The notes under the pieces were generated by a model that saw nothing but the letters and a program-made list of their open reading frames with translations, made no database searches and was not told where the DNA came from. Position numbers and translations under genes: made by a program. From contig JAGLLT010000021.1 of the NCBI GenBank assembly GCA_023140385.1, forward strand, positions 1,068 to 65,067: a stretch of 64,000 bases of DNA. Reading direction: 5' to 3'. The DNA comes from Candidatus Omnitrophota bacterium. GTDB lineage: Bacteria; Omnitrophota; Gorgyraeia; JAGLLT01. This document shows positions 56,880-64,000 of the stretch, piece after piece (within the stretch, counting starts at the first letter, position 1; the number at the start of each line of letters is the position of its first letter).

Positions 56880-56903
56880 CCTTATTGCCTCCACTTTTTA
56901 ACC

Positions 56904-57165
56904 ATATTGTTAAAACTACTTACTCTTTATACGTTTAAAAAACTCTAAACAAACTCTAAATCCTAATATCTAAATCCTAAATAATCTCAAAATTCTAATG
57001 CTCAAATGTTATAAACCTTAAGTGTCTTTGTTTTGGTCATTTGTGTTTTGGACATTTGGATTTGTTTAGTATTTAGTGCTTAGTATTTAGGATTTTTACA
57101 ATGAATATAACTCCTTTAAAACCATTCTGTTCCCTCACGATTTTTCATACAACTTTTGACATTAT
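56904..57165. mobile_element. MITE-like repeat family A, copy 5
   Basis: ATATTGTTAAAA ... CAACTTTTGACATTAT; shared core. Confidence 0.75.
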
Positions 57166-57170
57166 CCAAA

Positions 57171-58256
57171 TTAACGACTACTCTGTAACTGATACACCCT
57201 GGCTATATCTTCCACGCTTATTATACCCTTTAATTCACCTTTTTGCAAAATTAACGCGGTTTTTGAATTAGCGGCGGCCATCTTACTATAAACTGAATTT
57301 AGAGTTTCCCCGAGGCTAACCCTGACAACCTCCTTTGTCATAGCTTCTTTAGCTTTATTCTCACCCTTATGTTCGTGTAGGGCGGAAATTAAATTATATC
57401 TGGTTAATATTCCCAGAACCCTGTCTCCTTCTACAACGGGGAAGTCCTGTTGAGTTGTCTTAAGCGATAGCTCCAGAACGCCGGACAGAGGAGTATCGGG
57501 CCTTATGGAATGATATTCTCCGGCGGCAACATCTTTGACTTTAAACTCTTTTAGCGCGTACTTCAGTTTTACCTGCCTTTCTTCCTGTGAAGCGGCGATG
57601 TAGATAAAAAAGGCTATAAGCATTAATATAGGGTACTGTACTATCATTGCAGTAAGGCCGAAGATAATGGCAAAAAAGTGCCCTATACTGACGGCGATGC
57701 GCGTGGCCTTGATAAAGGGCATATGAGCGGCCAAAAAAGCCCTCAACGCCCTTCCTCCGTCCATAGGAAAGGCCGGCAGGAGATTAAAAAGGGCCAGCAT
57801 AGGATTAATCCAGTACATCCAGAGAATGGTTGATCGCCAGCTATTAAAGCTAATATTAGCCATACTCAGTGCTTTTATATCTCTGCCCATAATGAGGTAA
57901 AGCGGATAAAAAAGTAAAACAGCCAAAACAATATTAAATAACGGGCCGGCTAAAGACATAAGGAACTCCTGCTTTGGTTTATCAGGCATTCGTTCCATAA
58001 AGGCTATGCCGCCTATCGGAAACAGTGTTATGTGTTTTACCTTTATCTTGAATTTTTGAGCAACCAGTGAGTGGCTGATTTCGTGGAATATTACGCAGGT
58101 AAAGAGAAACATAACAAAAACAATGCTCCTCACCGCGTTCATTCCCCCCTGTCTAAAGAAAACTCCGAATCCCACAAAGGCCGGTAAGAGCAGGAAGGTG
58201 AAGTGAATCCTGACCTTGATACCGAAAATCTCAAAAATTTTAAGTGATTTTTCCAT
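57171..58256 (-). CDS. Site-2 protease (M50) with CBS domains
   Basis: HEISH, NLLPAFPMDGGR, two C-terminal CBS domains. Confidence 0.93.
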   Translation of the reverse strand: MEKSLKIFEIFGIKVRIHFTFLLLPAFVGFGVFFRQGGMNAVRSIVFVMFLFTCVIFHEISHSLVAQKFKIKVKHITLFPIGGIAFMERMPDKPKQEFLMSLAGPLFNIVLAVLLFYPLYLIMGRDIKALSMANISFNSWRSTILWMYWINPMLALFNLLPAFPMDGGRALRAFLAAHMPFIKATRIAVSIGHFFAIIFGLTAMIVQYPILMLIAFFIYIAASQEERQVKLKYALKEFKVKDVAAGEYHSIRPDTPLSGVLELSLKTTQQDFPVVEGDRVLGILTRYNLISALHEHKGENKAKEAMTKEVVRVSLGETLNSVYSKMAAANSKTALILQKGELKGIISVEDIARVYQLQSSR

Positions 58257-58259
58257 TTT

Positions 58260-59534
58260 TTAGCTGAAATCGTTTATTACGCGTTTAATTTGTTTTATAT
58301 CTTTTTTTAAGGGGCCGATTGAGGCGAGGTTAAGGTTGTTTTCTTTTAAGATACTGCCGGCAACTCTCTTTATGTCATCAACTGAAACTACTTCAATTTG
58401 TTTGAGTATTTTTTTAATGTCCGGCATTCTGCCCTCAAGGGTAACCTTTTCACCGGCCCACAGCATATTGTCCATAGTATCCTCCAGGTTGATAAGCAGC
58501 TGCCCTGTAAGGAATTCTTTGGCCCTTTTGAGTTCGTCTGTTTTGACGGTTTCTTTCTTAATCAGCGCTAATTCTTTAAGTATAAGGCCAAGCGCCTCTA
58601 TGGTTTTTTTGTTTCTTATGCCGGCATCAATAGTAAAAACACCGGTGTCGCAATATTTTTTTATCGAGGTTGAAATCTGGTAGGCCAGTCCGGACTCTTC
58701 TCTTACCTTTTCAAATAACCTTGATGACATATTGCCTCCCAGTATAACGCTTAAAACGCCAAAGGCGTATCTGTCGGGGTGACTTCTTGAAGGCGTGTGA
58801 AATCCTAAGGACAGGTGAGTCTGTTCGGTATCTTTGTTTAGAAAATTAAAGCTTGCTTTTTTCTGCCTGTTGACATAGTTTTTAAAATTGCCCCGCCCTC
58901 CCGGTTTCAATAATCCGAAGAGGCTGTTTATTTTTTTAGATAGACTATCGATTTTTACTGAGCCGGTAATTATTAAGGCCATATTTGAGGGACAATAATG
59001 TTCTTGCTTATAATCCTCAAGCATCTTTTGGGATGTCGCGTTTACCGTTTTATAGGTGCCTGCCAAAGACCTGCCCAGCGGATGGCCGGGCCACATAATT
59101 TCACCCAAGACGTCGCTGACATGGTAAGCGGGCATATCTTTATACATTCTTATCTCTTCGGCAATAATCATTTTTTCTTTTACGATGTCCTCGGTTTTCA
59201 TCAGGGGATTTATAACTATGTCGGAAATGACATCTATTGCTCTGACCGCGTACTTTTGAGGAACCTTGGCAAAGTAACAGGTTGTCTCCTGCGAGGTAAA
59301 GGCGTTAAGGCTGCCTCCCACACCTTCGATGGACTGCTTGATGTCTTTGGCGGTTTTTTCTTTAGTTCCTCTGAAGACCAGATGCTCTAAAAAATGAGAG
59401 ATGCCGGAATTAGCCGCGTTTTCATATCTTCCTCCCGTTTTGACCCAGATTGACGCGGAGACCGACTTTCTTGAAGCCATAGGGATAAAAACTATCTGTA
59501 ACTTATTTTTAAGCTGTTTAATGACATATTTCAT
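58260..59534 (-). CDS. M16 family peptidase
   Basis: HFLEH, LNAFTS, GGNMSSRLF. Confidence 0.93.
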   Translation of the reverse strand: MKYVIKQLKNKLQIVFIPMASRKSVSASIWVKTGGRYENAANSGISHFLEHLVFRGTKEKTAKDIKQSIEGVGGSLNAFTSQETTCYFAKVPQKYAVRAIDVISDIVINPLMKTEDIVKEKMIIAEEIRMYKDMPAYHVSDVLGEIMWPGHPLGRSLAGTYKTVNATSQKMLEDYKQEHYCPSNMALIITGSVKIDSLSKKINSLFGLLKPGGRGNFKNYVNRQKKASFNFLNKDTEQTHLSLGFHTPSRSHPDRYAFGVLSVILGGNMSSRLFEKVREESGLAYQISTSIKKYCDTGVFTIDAGIRNKKTIEALGLILKELALIKKETVKTDELKRAKEFLTGQLLINLEDTMDNMLWAGEKVTLEGRMPDIKKILKQIEVVSVDDIKRVAGSILKENNLNLASIGPLKKDIKQIKRVINDFS

Positions 59535-59538
59535 ATTC

Positions 59539-59970
59539 TCAACCTTTACTTTTGTATTCCAGATAAGTTTGAAGGATTAAACAAGCGGCCACCTTGTCTA
59601 TTTTTTGTTTCCTTTTTCTTCTGGAGAGGTTTTCTAAAATCAATGCCGATTCCGCTTCTTTGGAAGTAAGGCGTTCATCGTAGTTTTCGACGGGAAGGCC
59701 TATTTTTTCCTGAACGACCCTGGAAAATTCAAGTACCGCTTCCGTTTGCTTGCTTAACGTGCCGTCCATATTTAAAGGTAAGCCGATTACAATAAGGCTG
59801 ACCTCCTTATCGATAACTATTTTCTTTAGCGCTTGAATATCAGAGTCAAGAATGCTCCGCGTAATAGTTTTGAAACTTTGGGCGATTGTCCTTGTTTTGT
59901 CACTTAAAGCTACCCCTATCCGCACACTTCCTACGTCTAATCCCATTATTCTCATCGAATTTTCAGGCAT
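59539..59970 (-). CDS. ruvX: RuvX/YqgF nuclease
   Basis: GLDVGSVRIGVALSD, GLPLNMDG, DERLTS, DKVAA. Confidence 0.95.
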   Translation of the reverse strand: MPENSMRIMGLDVGSVRIGVALSDKTRTIAQSFKTITRSILDSDIQALKKIVIDKEVSLIVIGLPLNMDGTLSKQTEAVLEFSRVVQEKIGLPVENYDERLTSKEAESALILENLSRRKRKQKIDKVAACLILQTYLEYKSKG

Positions 59971-61060
59971 ACTTTGTTAGTTGCTTACTGCCGGTTAACC
60001 TATCAACAATCTTTTTAATTTTTTGGGCTTCTTCTTTTTTAGCGACTAAGGTCGCGTCGGGAGTCTGGATGATAATCAGCCCTGAGACTCCAATGGTGGC
60101 AATCAGGTGGTTTTTTTCTCCGTAAATTATACAGCTGTCGGTATTGTCACTGACAGATAAGGCGTTAATAATAATGTTCGACTTTTGTTTTTTAAGCCCA
60201 ATCTCCTCCAGGCTTTTCAGGCTGCCCAGGTCGGACCATCCGAAGCCGGCTTTGATAGCCAGTATCTTTTTTGTTTTCTGCATAAGTCCGTAGTCAATTG
60301 AAATAGGTTTTAATTTTTTATAGTTAGAACTTATTGATTTAATCTTTTTTTCACGGGAAAAAACCTTCTCCCCGCTTATTTTAAGGGTTTTAGCCAGAGA
60401 AGGCATATGGGTTTTAATCTCATCGAGAAAGATGTCCTGCCGCCAGACAAACATACCACAGTTGAAGTAATAGCTTCCTGAAGATAGAAATCTTTTCGCT
60501 TTTGCCAGAGACGGTTTTTCAATGAATTTCTCGACTTTATATCCGTAAGTTGAGGCGCTTTTTACGCGCTCACCGAACTTTAAATAGCCGTATCCGGTGG
60601 CCGCGAAGGTCGGTTTTATGCCAATGGTTATCAAGTTTCCGGAGGAGGCCAGGGAAACCGCCCTTTTGACGGTAGTTCTGAATATTTTGTCAGAGGTTAT
60701 GTGTTGATCGGCCGGGACAATGACCATTACGTTTTGTCGGTTTTTTCCTTTTAGGCAGGCAGCTGCCAGCCCTATAGCCGCGGCGGTTCCGCGCGGCTCC
60801 GGTTCGAGGATAAAATTTTTCAGCGGCACTTGAGGAAGCTGTTTTTTTATATCTTTTAACTGCGCCGATGAAGTGATGATAAATATCTGCTTAGAAGCGA
60901 CAATCCCCTTAAATCTATTATAAGTTTTTTCTAACATAGACTGGGAGTTGAATATTCGCAGGAACTGCTTAGGGCGGCCTTTTCTGGATAACGGCCAAAA
61001 GCGCGTTCCTCTGCCACCGGCTAATATAAAAATAAAGACATCGTTTCGGGATATCTTCAC
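59963..61060 (-). CDS. manC: Mannose-1-phosphate guanylyltransferase
   Basis: LAGGRGTRFWPLSR..PKQF, FIEKP, SIDYGLM, WSDLGS. Confidence 0.92.
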   Translation of the reverse strand: MKISRNDVFIFILAGGRGTRFWPLSRKGRPKQFLRIFNSQSMLEKTYNRFKGIVASKQIFIITSSAQLKDIKKQLPQVPLKNFILEPEPRGTAAAIGLAAACLKGKNRQNVMVIVPADQHITSDKIFRTTVKRAVSLASSGNLITIGIKPTFAATGYGYLKFGERVKSASTYGYKVEKFIEKPSLAKAKRFLSSGSYYFNCGMFVWRQDIFLDEIKTHMPSLAKTLKISGEKVFSREKKIKSISSNYKKLKPISIDYGLMQKTKKILAIKAGFGWSDLGSLKSLEEIGLKKQKSNIIINALSVSDNTDSCIIYGEKNHLIATIGVSGLIIIQTPDATLVAKKEEAQKIKKIVDRLTGSKQLTKYA

Positions 61061-61075
61061 GTGATTTTTCTCCTT

Positions 61076-61870
61076 CTAATGAACGGCTTTGGCTAATTTT
61101 GAGGCCAGAAGGCCAACGTCGATTAAGGCCTTCTTTTTTGAACCGGCCAGATGAATCTTATCTATTATAGCGCTACCTACGATAATTCCGTCGGCATAAG
61201 CGGCTATGTCTTTGGCCTGCTTGGCGCAAGATATGCCAAATCCGACGCAAACAGGTTTTTTTGTGAAACTTTTTATTCTGATGATGTCCTTTTTTATCTG
61301 TGACGGAAGACTTTTTCTACTGCCCGTCACGCCGGTCAGGGAGACGTAATAAATAAACCCTTTGGAGTGAGACACAGCTGTTTTTATCCTTGCTTCATCC
61401 GACGTGGGCGCTACGAAGTAGATAGTAGCCAAATCAGCCTTTCTGGCGAAGAGTTCAATCTGGCCCGCTTCATCCGCCGGCAAGTCAGGTATGATAATTC
61501 CGTCTATGCCATTATCTTTGGCATCTTTTACAAAATTTCTTATCCCATAGTGAAATATAGGGTTATAATAACTCATCATTACAAGAGGAACTTTAATTGA
61601 GGCTTCGAGCTCCTTCGCCATCTTAAAGATACTTTTAAGGCTGATATGATTACTCAGGGCGCGCTGTGAGGCCGCCTGTATTGTCGGCCCGTCTGCCAGC
61701 GGATCGGAAAAAGGAACGCCTAATTCTATCAGGTCAACCCCGTTTTTACATAACACCTTAATCAGTTCTTTGGTGGTTTTTAAATCAGGATCCCCGCAGG
61801 TTAAGTAGGCAATAAAGGCCTTCCGCCCCTTTTCTTTAAGTTCTTTAAATTTCTTTTCAATTTTATTCAT
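61076..61870 (-). CDS. trpA: Tryptophan synthase alpha chain
   Basis: ELGVPFSDPLADGPTIQ, GVTG, VGFGIS. Confidence 0.96.
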   Translation of the reverse strand: MNKIEKKFKELKEKGRKAFIAYLTCGDPDLKTTKELIKVLCKNGVDLIELGVPFSDPLADGPTIQAASQRALSNHISLKSIFKMAKELEASIKVPLVMMSYYNPIFHYGIRNFVKDAKDNGIDGIIIPDLPADEAGQIELFARKADLATIYFVAPTSDEARIKTAVSHSKGFIYYVSLTGVTGSRKSLPSQIKKDIIRIKSFTKKPVCVGFGISCAKQAKDIAAYADGIIVGSAIIDKIHLAGSKKKALIDVGLLASKLAKAVH

Positions 61871-61896
61871 TTTATTGCCCTCGTATAATATGTTTA

Positions 61897-62003
61897 CAAG
61901 ACGTTCGCATTCGCTCACTCTAAGGATTAAGACGCTCACTTTGTTCACTCTAAGAATTAAGTTTTTTTCACTTAATCCCCGCTTTTACTTAATCCTTAAT
62001 CCC
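61897..62003. repeat. Repeat family B, copy 2 (between trpB and trpA)
   Basis: 100-bp match to 38504-38603. Confidence 0.75.
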
Positions 62004-62008
62004 GTTGC

Positions 62009-63190
62009 TTATTTAATACCCAGAGCTTCAGATACAGCTTCGACATCCTTGTCTCCGCGCCCCGACAGGCACATAACGATAATGTCCTTCTTCTTGAAGC
62101 GTCCGGCCTTTTTTTTAAGGTAGTAAAGCGCGTGAGAAGGTTCAAGAGCGGGTAGAATGCCTTCTGTCCTGGCGAGAAGCTTAAATCCCTCTAAGGCCTC
62201 TTTGTCGGTTACAGCATCGTATTCAGCCCTTTTTGTCTTTTTATAGTAGGAGTGCTCCGGGCCCACTCCCGGATAATCTAAGCCGGGGGCTATTGAATGA
62301 GCGTTTAGGACCTGTCCGTTTTTATCTTGCAAAAGGTAACTTTTTGAGCCGTGAAGGATGCCGACCTCACCTGTTATAAGAGAGGCGGCATGCTTGTATG
62401 ATTTGATGCCGTAACCCGCAGCTTCTATACCTATGAATTTAACCTTTGTTTTCTCAAAAGGATAGAATAATCCGAGAGAATTGCTTCCACCGCCTACGCA
62501 GGCAACTAAATAGTCCGGCAGTTTTCCTTCAAGTTCCATAATCTGTTTTTTTGTTTCGTTGCCGATGATGGTTTGAAAGTCTCTAACCATCATTGGATAT
62601 GGATGCGGGCCGACTACAGAACCCAGTACATAGTAGGTATTCTTCACGTTAGTAACCCAGTCTCTAATTGCTTCATTGGTGGCGTCTTTGAGTGTTTTGC
62701 TTCCGCTGTGGACGGGAATTATTTCCGCCCCCAGGAGTTTCATTCTTGAGACGTTTAGTTTTTGTCTCTTGATGTCCTCGTCTCCCATATAGATGTGGCA
62801 TTTCAAATTAAATAAGGCGCAGACTGTGGCTGTAGCGACACCGTGCTGCCCGGCGCCCGTTTCAGCAATAATGCGGGTTTTACCCATCTTAATTGCCAGC
62901 AAAACCTGTCCTATAGTATTATTGATTTTATGAGCGCCAGTGTGCGCGAGGTCCTCCCTTTTTAGGTAAATCACGGGGCCGTTTATTTCCGCCGAAAGCC
63001 TTTTTGCTTTGTAGAGCGGTGTGGGCCGCCCCACATAATAGTTAAGATAAAAGTTTAATTCAGAGTGGAAATCTTTATTTGTTTTAAGTTTACAGTACGC
63101 TTTTTCCAATTCACTAAGGGCGTTCATTAAGGTCTCGGGAACAAACTTTCCGCCGAAAATTCCGAAATAACCCGCTTTATTGGGTCTCAT
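62009..63190 (-). CDS. trpB: Tryptophan synthase beta chain
   Basis: [36 protein letters not shown]. Confidence 0.98.
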   Translation of the reverse strand: MRPNKAGYFGIFGGKFVPETLMNALSELEKAYCKLKTNKDFHSELNFYLNYYVGRPTPLYKAKRLSAEINGPVIYLKREDLAHTGAHKINNTIGQVLLAIKMGKTRIIAETGAGQHGVATATVCALFNLKCHIYMGDEDIKRQKLNVSRMKLLGAEIIPVHSGSKTLKDATNEAIRDWVTNVKNTYYVLGSVVGPHPYPMMVRDFQTIIGNETKKQIMELEGKLPDYLVACVGGGSNSLGLFYPFEKTKVKFIGIEAAGYGIKSYKHAASLITGEVGILHGSKSYLLQDKNGQVLNAHSIAPGLDYPGVGPEHSYYKKTKRAEYDAVTDKEALEGFKLLARTEGILPALEPSHALYYLKKKAGRFKKKDIIVMCLSGRGDKDVEAVSEALGIK

Positions 63191-63813
63191 ATTTCCTCCT
63201 TTTTCACTTTTAATATAAAGTCTTCAATGAGGCTTTTCAGTTTTTTACCCGGCGCTTCTTCCACCCCCGAAGAAACGTCAACGGCGTAGGGTTTTACCGT
63301 CTTAATCGCTTCGCTTACGTTTTGAGGATTGAGGCCGCCGGACAGGATTATTGGTTTATTTAGCTTTTTTGCCTGTCGGGCAACCTCCCAGTCAAAAGTG
63401 CGCCCTGTTCCGCCGCTGAACTCTTTGGAATAGGTATCTAATAAAAAGGCGTCAGCTTCCCTGTGTTCTTCGGCGCCGTTAAGGCTGTCAATATCCTTTA
63501 TTCTTATGGTTTTTATGATTTTTTTATGGGGCTTAAACTGGAGTATAAATTGGTGGTTTTCGTCCGCGTGAAACTGCAGGGTATCAAAGGGGCAGTTTCT
63601 CAAAACTTCTTTAATGAAGGAGACCGGCTGATTGGCAAAAACAGCTACGCAGTTGATAAAAGGAGGAATAGATTTAAGTATGTAGCTGGCGTTTTCAATA
63701 TTAATCCGTCTTAGCGATTCGGCGAAAATAAAACCCAGGGCGTCGCATCCGGCTTCAATTGCCATTTGAGCATCTTCTAAGTTGGTTATTCCGCAGATCT
63801 TAATCCTTGTCAT
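63187..63813 (-). CDS. trpF: Phosphoribosylanthranilate isomerase
   Basis: [29 protein letters not shown]. Confidence 0.96.
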   Translation of the reverse strand: MTRIKICGITNLEDAQMAIEAGCDALGFIFAESLRRINIENASYILKSIPPFINCVAVFANQPVSFIKEVLRNCPFDTLQFHADENHQFILQFKPHKKIIKTIRIKDIDSLNGAEEHREADAFLLDTYSKEFSGGTGRTFDWEVARQAKKLNKPIILSGGLNPQNVSEAIKTVKPYAVDVSSGVEEAPGKKLKSLIEDFILKVKKEEI

Positions 63814-64000
63814 TTATCATTGCCCCTTATTTCTTTTATTTTTTCTTTTATATCACCGCTTCTCATAAAGGTTTCACCTATCAGGGCGGCGTTTATGCCC
63901 AGTTTTTCAAGGAGGATGATGTCGCCGCGTGTTTTAATGCCGCTTTCGGAGACCAGGATAATACTTTTATCTTCCGGAATTAATGTCCTGAGTTTCGCGG
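63810..64000 (-). CDS. trpC: Indole-3-glycerol phosphate synthase, 3' end (partial)
   Basis: Hand translation LVSESGIKTRGD...AALIGETFM; TGA overlaps the trpF ATG. Confidence 0.9.
   Translation of the reverse strand, partial: AKLRTLIPEDKSIILVSESGIKTRGDIILLEKLGINAALIGETFMRSGDIKEKIKEIRGNDK

Noticed and set aside
61871-61948. N-terminal extension of trpA in the ORF track
   Set aside because: It is translated repeat family B sequence; TrpA similarity starts at ATG 61870.

Overview
Chromosomal segment of an AT-rich Gram-negative bacterium of the PVC superphylum. It carries the PVC small basic signature protein; assignment to Ca. Omnitrophota is an inference. The window appears to span the replication terminus: genes run on + up to about 6.7 kb, then uniformly on -, with a 28-bp XerCD dif site at 7078-7105 at the switch. 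Most of it is housekeeping (ppdK, aroB, dgt, hisS, dnaE, thiC/E, gmhA, pfkA, accBC, efp, aroQ, rmuC, lepAB, rpe, trpCFBA, tRNA-Arg(CCT), tRNA-Gly(CCC)). There are two accessory layers. (1) An integron cassette array with no integrase in view at about 40.0-43.7 kb: a Pc-like promoter, an attI-like core and two attC sites. Its first cassette encodes a PHP-phosphoesterase/ABC-ATPase fusion plus an overlapping 99-aa partner, a candidate anti-phage system, followed by a membrane-protein cassette and a HEPN-like cassette. (2) Non-coding mobile repeats: five co-oriented 190-280 bp MITE-like hairpin elements with 7-nt periodicity, a second heptamer family in two copies, and 20-41 bp palindromes inserted cleanly into these elements and apparently into an attC site. 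All calls come from reading motifs by eye; no searches were run.
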